From assembly GCF_009914755.1 (NCBI RefSeq), contig NC_060933.1: a DNA stretch of 64,000 nucleotides. The stretch is one strand, 5' to 3'. Source of the DNA: the human T2T-CHM13v2.0 reference genome, Homo sapiens. Of the stretch, positions 14,801-31,200 are shown piece after piece. Each line of letters begins with the position of its first letter. Positions within the stretch are counted from its first letter, which is position 1. Under the pieces are notes generated by a model. That model did no database searches, was not told the DNA's origin, and worked only from the letters and a program-made list of their open reading frames with translations. Position numbers and translations under genes: made by a program.

Positions 14801-17570
14801 GGATTGTTTCTATTCAATTCCCTTACACTCCATTACATTCCATTCCATTCGGGTAGTTTCCATTCCATTCCATTCCATTCCTCTCCATTCCATTGCACTC
14901 GGGTTGATTCCATTCCATTCCATTCCATTCCATTCCATTACATTACATTCCATTCCATTCCGTTCCATTGTACTCGGGTTGATTCCATTCCATTGCTTTC
15001 CATTCCATTCCATTCCATTCCATTCCGTTCCATTCCATTACATTCGGATTGATTCTATTCAACTCCCTTACTCTCCATTACATTCCATTCCATTCGGGTT
15101 GTTCCATTCCATTCCATTCCATTCCACTCCATTCCATTGCACTCGGGTTGATTCCATTCCATTCCATTCCATTCCATTCCATTCCATTCCATTCCATTCC
15201 GGATGATTCCATTCCATTGCATTCCGTTCCATTACATTCCCCTGCACTCGGGTTGATTCCATTCCATTCCATTCCAGTCCATTCGATTTCGTTCCATTCC
15301 AATTCTTTCCATTCCATTGTATTCCGTACCATGCCATTCCATTCCATACAATTCCATTCCATTCCATTCCACTCCGTTCCGTTCCGTTCCGTTCTGTTCC
15401 GGTCCATTCCATTCCATTCCATTCTATTCGGGTTAATTCCATTCCATTCCATTCGATTGCAATCGAGTTGATTCCATTCCATTCCATTCCATTCCATTCC
15501 ATTCCATTCCATTCCTTTCCATTCCATTACGGATGATTCCATTCAATTGTATTCCATTCCATTCCATTCCCTTGTACTCGGGTTGATTCCATTCCATTCC
15601 ATTCCAATCCATGCCATTCCACTCGTGTTGATTCCATTCTTTCCATTCCATTCAAGTTGAATCCATTCCATTGCATTCCATTCCATTCCATTCCCCTGCA
15701 GTCGGGTTGATTCCATTCCATTCCATTCCATTACATTCCATTCCATTCCGTTCAATTCCATTCCATTCCATTCCATTCTATTCGGGTTAATTCCATTCCA
15801 TTCCATTCCGTTCAATTCCATTCCATTCCGTTCCAATCGAGTTGATTCCATTCCATTCCATTCCATTCCACTCCATTCCAGTCCTTTCCATTCCATTCCA
15901 CTCGGGTTGATTCCAATGTATTCCTTTCCATTCCATTCTATTCCATTGCAATCGAGTTGATTCCACTGCTTTGCATTCCATTCCATTCCATTCCATTCCG
16001 GATGATCATTCCATTCCATTGCATTCCATTCCATTCCATTCCCCTGCACTCGGGTTGATTCCATTCCATTCCACTCCATTCCGTTCCATTCCATTCCATT
16101 CCATTGTATTCGGGTTAATTCCATTCCATTCCATTCCATTCCATTCCATTCCATTACAATCGAGTTGATTCCATTCCATTCCATTCCATTCCAGTCCTTT
16201 CCATTCCATTCCACTCGGGTGGATTCTATTCTATTAGTTTCCATTCCATTCCATTCCCTTCCATTCCACTCTGGTTGATTTCATTACTTTCCATTCCACT
16301 CGAATACATTCCCTCCTATTCCACTCGGAACGATTCCATTCCATTCCATTCCATTCCATTCCATTCCATTCCATTCCATTCCATTCCATTCCATTCCATT
16401 CCATTCCATTGTACTCGGGTTGATTCAATTCCATTGCATTCCATTCCATTCCATTCCATTCCATTCCGTTGCACTCCATTCCATTACATTCGGATTGATT
16501 CTATTAAACTCCCTTACTCTCCATTACATTCCATTCCATTCGGGTTGTTCCATTCCATTCCATTCCATTCCACTCCATTCCATTGCACTCGGGTTGATTC
16601 CATTCCATTCCATTCCATTCCGGATGATTCCATTCCACTGCATTCCGTTCCATTACATTCCCCTGCACTCGCGTTGATTCCATTCCATTCCATTCCATTC
16701 CGTTGAATTCCATTCCATTACAATTCGTTCCATTCCATTCTATTCCGTACCATTCCATTCCATTCCATACCATTCCATTCCATTCCATTCCATTCCATTC
16801 CATTCCATTCCATTCTATTCGGATTAATTCCATTCCATTCCATTCCATTCCATTCTATTCCATTCCATTGCAATCGAGTTGAATCCATTGCATTTCATTC
16901 CATTCCATTCCATTCCATTCCATTCCGGAAGATTCCATTCCATTGCATTCCATTCCATTCCATTCCCCTGCACTCGCGTTGATTCCATTTCATTCCATTC
17001 CATTCCATTCCATTCCATTCCGTTCCGTTCCATTCCATTCCATTCCATTCAATTCCATTCCATTCAGTTCCGTTCCATTCCATTCCATTCCATTCTATTC
17101 GGGTTAATTCCATTCCATTCCATTCGATTGCAATCGAGTTGATTCCATTCCATTCCATTCCATTCCATTCCATTCCATTCCTTTCCATTCCATTACGGAT
17201 GATTCCATTCCATTGCATTCCATTCCCTTCCATTCGCCTGTACTCGGGTTCATTCCATTCCATTCCATTCCATTCCAATCCATGGCATTCCACTCGTGTT
17301 GATTCCATTCTTTCCATTCCATTCAAGTTGAATCCATTCCATTGCATTCCATTCCATTCGCTTCCATTCGATTGCACTCGGGTTGATTCCATTCCATTGC
17401 ATTCCATTCCATTCCATTCCATTCCATTCCATTCCATTCCATTCCGTTCCATTCCATTCCATTACATACGGATTGATTCTATTCAATTCCCTTACACTCC
17501 ATTACATTCCATTCCATTCGGGTAGTTTCCATTCCATTCCATTCCATTCCTCTCCCTTCCATTGCACTCG
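8860..17570 (+). repeat. Dispersed duplication, ~8860-11560 vs ~14940-17570 (offset ~6.0-6.1 kb)
   Basis: Offsets 9356/15433, 9445/15527, 10205/16275, 11104/17104; shared rare words TTCCAATGTATTCC and TGCTTTGC. Confidence 0.7.
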
Positions 17571-20500
17571 GGTTAATTCCATTGCATTGCATTCCATTCC
17601 ATTCCATTCCCCTGCACTCGCGTTGATTCCATTCCATTCCATTCTATTCCATTCCATTCCCTTCCTTTCCGTTCCATTCCATTCCATTCCATTCCATTCC
17701 GTTCCGTTCCATTCCATTCCATTCCATTCTATTCGGGTTAATTCCATTCCATTCCATTCGATTGCAATTGAGTTGATTCCATTCCATTCCATTCCATTCC
17801 ATTCCATTCCTTTCCATTCCATTACGGATGATTCCATTCCATTGCATTCCATTCCATTCCATTCCCCTGTACTCGGGTTGATTCCATTCCATTGCATTCC
17901 AATCCATGCCCTTCCACTCGTGTTGATTCCATTCTTTCCATTCCATTCAAGTTGAATCCATTCCATTGCATTCCATTCCATTCGATTCCATTCGATTGCA
18001 CTCGGGTTGATTCCATTCCATTGCATTCCATTCCATTCCATTCCATTCCATTCCGTTCCATTCCATTCCATTACATTCGGATTGATTCTATTCAATTCCC
18101 TTACACTCCATTACATTCCATTCCATTCGGGTTGTTTCCATTCCATTCCATTCCATTCCTCTCCATTCCATTGAACTCGGGTTGATTCCATTCCATTGCA
18201 TTCCATTCCATTCCATTCAATTCCATTCCGTTCCATTCCATTCCATTACATTCGGATTGATTCTATTCAACTCCCTTACTCTCCATTACATTCCATTCCA
18301 TTCGGGTTGTTCCAATCCATTCCATTCCATTCCACTCCATTCCATTGCACTCGGGTTTATTCCATTCCATTCCATTCCATTGCATTCCATTCCATTCCAT
18401 TCCCCTGCACTCGCGTTGATTCCATTCCATTCCATTCCATTCCATTCCATTCCTTTCCGTTCCATTCCATTCCATTCCATTCCATTCCAATCCATTCCAT
18501 TCCGTTCCGTTCCGTTCCATTCCATTCCATTCCATTCTATTCGGGTTAATTCCATTCCATTCCATTCGATTGCAATCGAGTTGATTCCATTCCATTCCAT
18601 TCCATTCCATTCCTTTCCATTCCATTACGGATGATTCCATTCCATTGCATTCCATTCCATTCCATTCCCCTGTACTCGGGTTGATTCCATTCCATTCCAT
18701 TCCAATCCATGCCATTCCACTCGTGTTGATTCCATTCTTTCCATTCCATTCAAGTTGAATCCATTCCATTGCATTCCATTCCATTCGATTCCATTCGATT
18801 GCACTCGGGTTGATTCCATTACATTGCATTCCATTCCATTCCAATCCATTCCATTCCATTCCATTCCATTCCATTCCGTTCCTTTCCATTCCATTCCATT
18901 CCATTCCATTCCGTTCCATTCCATTCCATTACATTCGGATTGATTCTATTCAATTCCCTTACACTCCATTACATTCCATTCCATTCGGGTAGTTTCCATT
19001 CCATTCCATTCCATTGCTCTCCATTCCATTGAACTCAGGTTGATTCCATTCCATTGCATTCCATTCCATTCCATTCAATTCCATTCCGTTCCATTCCATT
19101 CCATTACATTCGGATTGATTCTATTCAACTCCCTTACTCTCCATTACATTCCATTCCATTCGGGTTGTTCCATTCCATTCCATTCCATTCCGTTCCATTC
19201 CGGAAGATTCCATTCCATTGCATTCCATTCCATTCCATTCCCCTGCACTCGCGTTGATTCCATTCCATTCCATTCCATTCCATTCCCTTCAATTCCATTC
19301 CTTTCCGTTCCATTCCATTCCATTCCATTCCGTTCCGTTCCGTTCCATGCCATTCCATTCCATACTATTCGGGTTAATTCCATTCCATTCCATTCGATTG
19401 CAATCGAGTTGATTCCATTCCATTCCATTCCATTCTATTCCATTCCATTCCATTCCATTCCATTCCATTCCTTTCCATTCCATTACGGATGATTCCATTC
19501 CATTGCATTCCATTCCATTCCATTCCCCTGTACTCGGGTTGATTGCATTCCATTCCATTCCAATCCATGCCATTCCACTCCTGTTGATTCCATTCTTTCC
19601 ATTCCACTCAAGTTGAAACCATTCCATTGCATTCCATTCCATTCCATTCCCCTGAAGTCGGGTTGTTTCCATTCCATTCCATTCCATTCCATTCCATTCC
19701 ATTCCATTCCATTCCATTGCATTCCGTTCTGTTCCATTCCATTCCATTCCATTCTATTCGGGTTAATTCCATTCCATTCCATTCCATTCCATTCCATTCC
19801 AATCGAGTTGATTCCATTCCATTCCATTCCATTCCATTCCACTCCATTCCAGTCCTTTCCATTCCATTCCACTCGGGTTGATTCCAATGTATTCCTTTCC
19901 ATTCCATTCCATTCCATTGCAATCGAGTTGATTCCATTGCTTTGCATTCCATTCCATTCCATTCCATTCCGGATGATTCCATTCCATTGCATTCCATTCC
20001 ATTCCATTCCCCTGCACTCGGGTTGATTCCATTCCATTCCACTCCATTCCATTCCATTCCATTTCATTGCATTGTATTCGGGTTAATTCCATTCCATTCC
20101 ATTCCATTCCATTCCATTCCATTACAATCGAGTTGATCCCATTCCATTCCATTCCATTCCAGTCCTTTCCATTCCATTCCACTCGGGTTGATTCCATTCT
20201 ATTAGTTTCCATTCCATTCCATTCCCTACCGTTCCACTCTGGTTGATTCCATTCCTTTCCATTCCACTCGAATACATTCCCTCCTATTCCACTCGGAACG
20301 ATTCCATTCCATTCCATTCCATTCCATTCTATTCCATTCCATTTCGTTCCATTCCATTCTATTCCGTATCATTCCATTCCATTCCATTCCATTTCATTCC
20401 ATTCCATTCCATTCCATTCCATTCCATTGTACTCGGGTTGATTCAATTCCATTGCATTCCATTCCATTCCATTCCATTCCATTCCGTTGCATTCCATTCC

Positions 20501-23500
20501 ATTACATTCGGATTGATTCTATTCAACTCCCTTACTCTCCATTCCATTCCATTCCATTCGGGTTGTTCCATTCCATTCCATTCCATTCCACTCCATTCCA
20601 TTGCACTCGGGTTGATTCCATTCCATTCCATTCCATTCCATTCCATTCCGGATGATTCCATTCCATTGCATTCGGTTCCATTACATTCCCCTGCACTCGC
20701 GTTGATTCCATTCCATTCCATTCCATTCCATTCCATTCCATTCAATTCCATTCCATTACAATTCGTTCCATTCCATTCTATTCCGTACCATTCCATTCCA
20801 TTCCATACCATTCCATTCCATTCCATTCCATTCCATTCCATTCCATTCCATTCCATTCTGTTCCGTTCCATTCCGTTCCATTCCATTCCATTCCATTCTA
20901 TTCGGATTAATTCCATTCCATTCCATTCCATTCCATTCCATTCTATTCCATTCCATTGCAATCGAGTTGAATCCATTGCATTTCATTCCATTCCATTCCA
21001 TTCCATTCCATTCCATTCCGGAAGATTCCATTCCATTGCATTCCATTCCATTCCATTCCCCTGCACTCGCGTTGATTCCATTCCATTCCATTCCATTCCA
21101 TTCCATTCCGTTCCGTTCCATTCCATTCCATTCCATTCCATTCCATTACGTTCCGTTCCATTCCATTCCATTCCAGTCTATTCGGGTTAATTCCATTCCA
21201 TTCCATTCGATTGCAATCGAGTTGATTCCATTCCATTCCATTCCATTCCATTCCATTCCATTCCATTCCATTCCATTCCATTCCGTTCCATTCCATTCCA
21301 TTACATTCGGATTGATTCTATTCAATTCCCTTACACTCCATTACATTCCATTCCATTCGGGTAGTTTCCATTCCATTCCATTCCATTTCTCTCCATTCCA
21401 TTGCACTCGGGTTGATTCCTTTCCATTGCATTCCATTCCATTCCATTCAATTCCATTCCGTTCCATTCCATTCCATTACATTCGGATTGATTCTATTCAA
21501 CTCCCATACTCTCCATTCCATTCCATTCCATTCGGGTTGTTCCCTTCCATTCCATTCCATTCCACTCCATTCCATTGCACTCGGGTTGATTCCATTCCAT
21601 TCCATTCCATTCCATTCCATTCCGGAAGATTCCATTCCATTGCATTCCATTCCATTCCATTCCCCTGCACTCGCGTTGATTCCATTCCATTCCTTTCTAT
21701 TCCGTTCTATTCCCTTCCTTTCCGTCCCATTCCATTCCATTCCATTCCATTCCATTCCATTCCATTCCGTTCCGTTCCATTCCATTCCATTCCATTCTAT
21801 TCGGGTTAATTCCATTCCATTCCATTCGATTGCAATCGAGTTGATTCCATTCCATTCCATTCCGTTCCATTCCATTCCATTCCTTTCCATTCCATTACGG
21901 ATAATTCCATTCCATTGCATTGCATTCCATTCCATTCCCCTATACTCGGGTTGATTCCATTCCATTCCATTCCTATCCATGCCATTCCACTCGTGTTGAT
22001 TCCATTCTTTCCATTCCATTCAAGTTGAATCCATTCCATTGCATTCCATTCCATTCGATTCCATTCGATTGCACTCGGGTTGATTCCATTCCTTTGCATT
22101 CCATTCCATTCCATTCCATTCCATTCCATTCCGTTCCATTCCATTACATTACATTCTGATTGATTCTATTCAATTCCCTTACACTCCATTATATTCCAAT
22201 CCATTCTGGTTGTCTCCATTCCATTCCATTCCATTTCACTCCATTCCATTGCGCTCAGGATGATTCCATTCCATTCCATTCCATTCCATTCCATTCCATT
22301 CCATTCCATTCCATTCCATTCCGGATGATTCCATTCCATTGCATTCCGTTCCATTACATTCCCCTGCACTCGGGTTGATTCCATTCCATTCCATTCCATT
22401 CCATTCGATTCCATTCCATTCCAATTCTTTCCATTCCATTCTATTCCGTACCATTCCATTCCATTCCATACAATTCCATTCCATTCTATTCCACTCCTTT
22501 CCGTTCCGTTCTGTTCTGTTCCGTTCCATTCCATTCCATTCCATTCTATTCTGTTTAATTCCATTCCATTCCATTCCATTCCATTCCATTCCATTCTATT
22601 CCATTCCATTGCAATCGGGTTGAATCCATTGCATTCCATTCCATTCCATTCCATTCCGGAAGATTCCATTCCATTGCATTCCATTCCATTCCATTCCATT
22701 CCATTCCATTCCATTCCATTCCATTCCATTCCATTCCATTGTACTCGGGTTCTTTCCATTCCATTACATTCTATTCCATTCCATTCCATTCCATTCCATT
22801 CCGTTCCATTCCATTCCATTACATTCGGATTGATTCTTTTCAACTCCCTTACTCTCCATTACATTCCATTCCATTCGGGTTGTTCCATTCCATTCCATTC
22901 CATTCCACTCCATTCCATTGCACTCGGGTTGATTCCATTCCATTCCATTCCATTCCATTCCGGATGATTCCATTCCATTGCATTCCGTTCTATTACATTC
23001 CCCTGCACTCGGGTTGATTCCATTCCATTCCTTTCCATTCCATCCGATTCCATTCCATTCCCTTACACTCGCGTTGATTCCATTCCATTCCATTCCATTC
23101 CATTCCATTCCATTCCATTCCATTCCTTTCCGTTCCATTCCATTCCATTCCATTCCATTCCAATCCGTTCCGTTCCATTCCATTGCATTCCATTCTATTC
23201 GGGTTAATTCCATTCCATTCCATTCGATTGCAATCGAGTTGATTCCATTCCATTCCATTCCATTCCATTCCAGTCCTTTCCATTCCTTTCCATTCCATTA
23301 CTGATGATTCCATTGGATTGCATTCCATTCCATTCAATTCCCCTGTACTCGGGTTGATTCCATTCCATTCCATTCCAATCCATGCCATTCCACTCGTGTT
23401 GATTCCATTCTTTCCTTTCCATTCAAGTTGAATCCATTCCATTGCATTCCATTCCATTCGATTCCATTTGATTGCACTCGGGTTGATTCCATTCCATTGC

Positions 23501-23700
23501 ATTCCATTCCATTCCATTACATTCCATTCCGTTCCATTCCATTTCATTACATTCAGATTGATTCTATTCAATTCCCTTACACTCCATTATATTCCAATCC
23601 ATTCTGGTTGTTTCCATTCCATTCCATTCCATTTCACTCCATTCCATTGCACTCGGGTTGATTCCATTCCATTCCATTCCACTGCATTCCATTCCATTCC
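13050..23700 (+). repeat. Dispersed duplication, ~13050-14690 vs ~22000-23700 (offset ~9.0 kb)
   Basis: Offsets 13845/22859, 13964/22978 and 14414/23428 are all 9014; the private word CCAGTCCTTTCCATTCCTTTCCATTCCATTACTGATG occurs at ~14256 and ~23270. Confidence 0.8.
19350..21240 (+). repeat. Further diverged copy of ~9330-11160 (offset ~10.04 kb)
   Basis: Offsets 9445/19483, 9570/19608, 9589/19627 and 10205/20243 are all 10038. Confidence 0.7.
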
Positions 23701-25280
23701 ATTCCATTACATTCGGATTGATTCTATTCAATTCCCTTACACTCCATTACATTCCATTACATTCGGGTAGTTTCCATTCCATTCCATTCCATTCCTCTCC
23801 TTTCCATTGCACTCGGGTTGACTCCAATCCATTCCATTCCATTCCATTCCATTCAATTCCATTCCGTTCTATTCCATTCCATTACATTCGGATTGATTCT
23901 ATTCAACTCCCTTACTCTCCATTACATTCCATTCCATTCGGGTTGTTCCATTCCATTCCATTCCATTCCACTCCATTCCATTGCACTCGGGTTGATTCCA
24001 TTCCATTCCATTCCATTCCATTCCGGATGATTCCATTCCATTGCATTCCGTTCCATTACATTCCCCTGCACTCGGGTTTATTCCATTCCATTCCATTCCA
24101 TTCCATTCCATTCCATTCCATTCCATTCCATTCCATTCCCCTGCACTCGCGTTGATTCCATTCCATTCCATTCCATTCCATTCCATTCCATTCCATTCCT
24201 TTCCATTCCAGTCCTTTCCATTCCATTCCACTCGGGTTGATTCCATTCTATTAGTTTCCATTCCATTCCATTCCCTTCCATTCTACTCTGGTTGATTCCA
24301 TTGCTTTCCATTCCACTCGAATACATTCCCTGCTATTCCACTCGGAATGATTCCATTCCATTCCACTCCATTCCATTCCATTCCATTCCATTCCATTTCT
24401 TTCCATTCCATTCTATTCCGTATCATTCCATTCCATTCCATGCCATTCCATTCCATTCCATTCCTTTCCATTCCACTCGTGTTGATTCCATTCCTTTCCA
24501 TTCCATTCGGTTTCAATGTATTCCAATCCATTCCATTCCATTCCATTCCATTGCATTCCATTCCATTCCATTCCATTCCATTGTACTCGGGTTGATTCCA
24601 TTCCATTGCATTCCATTCCATTCCATTCCATTACATTCCGTTGCATTCCATTCCATTACATTCGGATTGATTCTATTCAACTCCCTTACTCTCCATTTCA
24701 TTCCATTCCATTCGGGTAGTTTCCATTCCATTCCATTCCATTCCACTGCATTCCATTGCACTCGGGTTGATTCCATTCCATTCCATTCCATTCCATTCCA
24801 TTCCGGATGATTCCATTCCATTGCATTCCGTTCCATTACATTCCCCTGCAATCGCGTTGATTCCATTCCATTCCATTCCATTCCATTCAATTCCATTCCA
24901 TTACAATTCGTTCCATTCCATTCTATTCCGTACCATTCCATTCCATTCCATACCATTCCATTCCATTCCATTCCATTCCATTCCATTCCATTCCATTCCG
25001 TTCCATTCCGTTCCATTCCATTCCATTCCATTCTATTCGGATTAACTGCATTCCATTCCATTCCATTCCATTCTATTCCATTCCATTGCAATCGAGTTGA
25101 ATCCATTGCTTTTCATTCCATTCCATTCCATTCCATTCCATTCTGGAAGATTCCATTCCATTGCATTCCATTCCATTCCATTCCCCTGCACTCGCGTTGA
25201 TTCCATTGCATTCCATTCCATTCCATTCCATTCCGTTCCGTTCCGTTCCATTCCATTCCATTCCATTCCATTCCGTTCCG

Positions 25281-28200
25281 TTCCATTCCATTCCATTCCA
25301 TTACATTCCATTCCGTTCCGTTCCATTCCATTCCATTCCATTCTATTCGGGTTAATTCCATTCCATTCCATTCGATTGCAATCGACTTGATTCCATTCCA
25401 TTCCATTCCATTCCATTCCATTCCATTCCATTCCTTTCCATTCCATTACTGATGATTCCATTCCATTGCATTCCATTCCATTCCATTCCCCTGTACTCGG
25501 GTTGATTGCATTCCATTCCATTCCAATCCATGCCATTCCACTCGTGTTGATTCCATTCTTTCCATTCCATTCAAGTTGAATCCATTCCATTGCATTCCAT
25601 TGCATTCGATTCCATTCGATTGCACTCGGGTTGATTCCATTCCATTGCATTCCATTCCATTCCATTCCATTCCATTCCATTCCGTTCCATTGCATTCCAT
25701 TACATTCGGATTGATTCTATTCAATTCCCTTACACTCCATTACATTCCATTCCATTCGGGTAGTTTCCATTCCATTCCATTCCATTCCTCTCCATTCCAT
25801 TGCACTCGGGTTGATTCCATTCCATTCCATTCCATTCAATTCCATTCCGTTCCATTCCATTCCATTACATTCGGATTGATTCTATTCAACTCCCTTACTC
25901 TCCATTACATTCCATTCCATTCGGGTTGTTCCATTCCATTCCATTCCATTCCACTCCATTCCATTGCACTCGGGTGGATTCCATTCCATTCCATTCCATT
26001 CCATTCCGGAAGATTCCATTCCATTGCATTCCATTCCATTCCATTCCCCTGCACTCGCGTTGATTCCATTCCATTCCATTCTATTCCATTCCATTCCTTT
26101 CCTTTCCGTTCCATTCCTTTCCATTCCATTCCATTCCATTCCGTTCCGTTCCATTCCATTCCATTCCATTCTATTCGGGTTAATTCCATTCCATTCCATT
26201 CGATTGCAATCGAGTTGATTCCATTCCATTCCATTGCATTTCATTCTATTGCATTCCTTTCCATTCCATTCTGTTCCATTCCATTTCATTACATTCAGAT
26301 TTACTCTATTCAATTCCCTTACACTTCATTATATTCCAATCCATTCTGGTTTTTTCCATTCCATTCCATTCCATTGCATTCCATTCCATTCCATTCCGGA
26401 TTATTCCATTCCATTGCATTCCATTCCATTCTATTCGCTGCACTCGGGTTGATTCCATTCCATTCCATGCCATTACATTCCGTTCCATTCCATTCCATTC
26501 CATTCGGATTGATTCTATTCAATTCCCTTACACTCCATTACATTCCATTCCATTCGGGTAGTTTCCATTCCATTCCATTCCATTCCTCTCCATTCCATTG
26601 CACTCGGGTTGATTCCATTCCATTCCATTCCATTCCATTACATTACCTTCCATTCCATTCCGTTCCATTGTACTCGGGTTGATTCCATTCCATTGCATTC
26701 CATTCCATTGCATTCCATTCCATTCCATTCCATTCCGTTCCATTCCATTCCATTACATTCGGATTGATTCTATTCAACTCCCTTACTCTCCATTACATTC
26801 CATTCCATTCTGGTTGTTCCATTCCATTCCATTCCATTCCACTCCATTCCTTTGCACTCGGGTTGATTCCATTCCATTCCATTCCATTCCATTCCATTCC
26901 ATTCCATTCCATTCCGGATGATTCCATTTCATTGCATTCCGTTCCATTACATTCCCCTGCACTCGTGTTGATTCCATTCCATTCCATTCCATTCCATTCG
27001 ATTCCATTCCAATCCAATTCTTTCCATTCCATTCTATTCCGTACCATGCCATTCCATTCCATACAATTCCATTCCTTTCCATTCCACTCCGTTCCGGTCC
27101 GTTCCGTTCCATTCCATTCCATTCCATTCTCTTTGGTTTAATTCCATTCCATTCCATTCCATTCCATTCCATTCTATTCCATTCCATTGCAATCGAGTTG
27201 AATCCATTGCATTCCATTCCATTCCATTCCATTGCGGAAGATTCCATTCCATTGCATTCCATTCCATTCCATTCCATTCCATTCCATTCCATTCCATTCC
27301 ATTCCATTGTACTCGGGTTGATTCCATTCCATTGCTTTCCATTCCATTCCATTCCATTCCATTCCATTCCATTCCATTCCGTTCCGTTGCCTTCCATTCC
27401 ATTACATTCGGATTGATTCTTTTCAACTCCCTAACTCTCAATTACATTCCATTCCATTCGGGTTGTTCCATTCCACTCCATTCCATTCCACTCCATTCCA
27501 TTGCACTCGGGTTGATTCCATTCCATTCCATTTCATTCCATTCCATTCGATTCCATTCCGGATGATTCCATTCCATTGCATTCCGTTCCATTACATTCCC
27601 CTGCACTCAGGTTGATTCCATTCCATTCCATTCCATTCCATTCCATTCCATTCCATTCCATTCCATTCCATTCCATTCCCCTGCACTCGCGTTGATTCCA
27701 TTCCATTCCATTCCATTCCATTCCATTCCATTCCATTCCATTCCTTTCCATTCCAGTCCTTTCCATTCCATTCCATTCGGTTGATTCCATTCTATTAGTT
27801 TCCATTCCATTCCATTCCCTTCCATTCTACTCTGGTTGATTCCATTCCTTTCCATTCCACTCGAATACATTCCCTGCTATTCCACTCGGAAAGATTCCAT
27901 TCCATTCCATTCCATTCCATTCCATTCCATTCCATTCCATTCCATTTCGTTCCATTCCATTCTATTCCGTATCATTCCATTCCATTCCTTGCCATTCCAT
28001 TCCATTCCATTCCATTCCATTCCACTCGTGTTGATTCCATTCCTTTCCATTCCATTCGGTTTGAAGGTATTCCAATCCATTCCATTCCATTCCATTCCAT
28101 TCCATTCCATTCCATTCCATTCCATTCCATTGTACTTGGGTTGATTCCATTCCATTGCATTCCATTCCATTCCATTCCATTACATTCCGTTGCATTCCAT

Positions 28201-31200
28201 TCCATTACATTCGGATTGATTCTATTCAACTCCCTTACTCTCCATTTCATTCCATTCCATTCGGGTTGTTCCATTCCAATCCATTCCATTCCACTCCATT
28301 CCGTTGCACTCGGGTTGATTCCATTCCATTCCATTCCATTCCATTCCATTCCATTCCATTCCGGATGATTCCATTCCATTGCATTCCGTTCCATTACATT
28401 CCCCTGCACTCGCGTTGATTCCATTCCATTCCATTCCATTCCTTTCAATTCCATTACATTACAATTCGTTCCATTCCATTCTATTCCGTACCATTCCATT
28501 CTATTCCATACCATTCCATTCCATTCCATTCCATTCCATTCCGTTCCATTCCGTTCCACTCCATTCCATTCCATTCGGATTAATTCCATTCCATTCCATT
28601 CCATTCCATTCTATTCCATTCCATTGCAATCGAGTTGAATCCATTGCATTTCATTCCATTCCATTCCATTCCATTCCATTCCGGAAGATTCTATTCCATT
28701 GCATTCCATTCCATTCCATTCCCCTGCACTCGCGTTGATTCCATTCCATTCCATTCCATTCCATTCCATTCCATTCTGTTCCGTTCCATTCCATTCCATT
28801 CCATTCCATTCCGTTCCGTTCCGTTCCATTCCATTCCATTCCATTACATTCCATTACGTTCCGTTCCATTCCATTCCATTCCATTCTATTCGGGTTAATC
28901 CCATTCCATTCCATTCGATTGCAATCGAGTTGATTCCATTCCATTCCATTCCATTTCATTCCATTCCATTCCATTCCTTTCCATTCCATTACGGATGATT
29001 CCATTCAATTGCATTCCATTCCATTCCATTCCCCTGTACTCGGGTTGATTCCATTCCATTCCATTCCAATCCACGCCCTTCCACTCGTGTTGATTCCATT
29101 CTTTCCATTCCATTCAAGTTGAATCCATTCCATTGCATTCCATTCCATTCAATTCCATTCAATTGCACTCGGGTTGATTCCATTCCATTGCATTCCATTC
29201 CATTCCATTCCATTCCATTCAATTCCATTCCGTTCCATTCCATTCCAGTACATTCGGATTGATTCTATTCAATTCCCTTACACTCCATTACATTCCATTC
29301 CATTCGGGTAGTTTCCATTCCATTCCATTCCATTCCTCTCCATTCCATTGCACTCGGGTTGATTCCATTCCATTGCATTCCATTCCATTCCATTCAATTC
29401 CATTCCGTTCCATTCCATTCCATTACATTCGGATTGATTCTATTCAACTCCCTTACTCTCCATTACATTCCATTCCATTCGGGTTGTTCCATTCCATTCC
29501 ATTCCATTCCACTCCATTCCATTGCACTCGGGTTGATTCCATTCCATTCCATTCCATTCCATTCCGGATGATTCCATTCCATTGCATTCCATTCCATTCC
29601 ATTCCCCTGCACTCGCGTTGATTCCATTCCATTCCATTCTATTCCATTCCATTCCCTTCCTTTCCGTTCCATTCCATTCCATTCCATTCCATTCAATTTC
29701 ATTCCGTTCCGTTCCGTTCCATTCCATTCCATTCCATTCTATTCGGGTTAATTCCATTCCATTCCATTCGATTGCCATCGAGTTGATTCCATTCCATTCC
29801 ATTCCATTCTATTCCATTCCATTCCATTCCATTCCTTTCCATTCCATTACGGATGATTCCATTCCATTGCATTCCATTCCATTCCATTCCCCTGTACTCG
29901 GGTTGATTCCATTCCATTCCATTCCAATCCATGCCATTCCACTCGTGTTGATTCCATTCTTTCCATTCCATTCAAGTTGAATCCATTCCATTGCATTCCA
30001 TTCCATTCGATTCCATTCGATTGCACTCGGGTTGATTCCATTCCATTGCATTCCATTCCATTCCATTCCATTCCATTCCATTCCTTTCCATTCCATTTCA
30101 TTACATTCAGATTGATTCTATTCAATTCCCTTACACTCCATTATATTCCAATCCATTCTGGTTGTTTCCATTCCATTCCATTCCATTTCACTCCATTCCA
30201 TTGCACTCAGGTTGATTCCATTCCATTCCATTCCATTGCATTCCATTCCATTGCATTCCGGATGATTCCATTCCATTGCATTCCATTCCATTCCATTCCC
30301 CTGCACTCGGGTTGATTCCATTCCATTCCATTACATTACATTCCGTTCCATTGCATTCCATTCCATTCGGATTGATTCTATTCAATTCCCTTACACTCCA
30401 TTACATTCCATTCCATTCGGGTAGTTTCCATTCCATTCCATTCCATTCCTCTCCATTCCATTGCACTCGGGTTGATTCCATTCCATTCCATTCCATTACA
30501 TTCCATTCCATTCCATTCCGTTCCATTGTACTCGGGTTGATTCCATTCCATTTCATTCCATTCCATTCCATTCCATTCCATTCCATTCCATTCCATTCCG
30601 TTCCATTCCATTACATTCGGATTGATTCTATTCAACTCCCTTACTCTCCATTACATTCCATTCCATTCGGGTTGTTCCATTCCATTCCATTCCGTTCCAC
30701 TCCATTCCATTGCACTCGGGTTGATTCCATTCCATTCCATTCCATTCCATTCCATTCCATTCCATTCCGGATGATTCCATTCCATTGCATTCCGTTCCAT
30801 TACATTCCCCTGCACTCGGGTTAATTCCATTCCGTTCCATTCCATTCCATTCGACTCCATTCCATTCCAATTCTTTCCATTCCATTCTATTCCGTACCAT
30901 GCCATTCCATTCCATACAATTCCATTCCATTCCATTCCACTCCGTTCCGTTCCGTTCCGTTCCGTTGCATTCCATTCCATTCCATTCCATTCTATTCGGT
31001 TTAATTCCATTCCATTCCATTCCATTCCATTCCATTCTATTCCATTCCATTGCAATCGAGTTGAATACATTGCATTCCATTCCATTCCATTCCATTCCAT
31101 TCCATTCCATTCCATTCCGTTCCATTCCGGAAGATTCCATTCCATTGCATTCCATTCCATTCCATTCCATTCCATTCCATTCCATTCCATTCCATTCCGG

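Noticed and set aside
25576-26682. Longest ORF (368 aa), repeated identically at 32992-34098
   Set aside because: It starts at a TTG inside GTTGAATCC, is pure satellite translation, and the identity reflects the recent 7.4 kb duplication rather than coding constraint.
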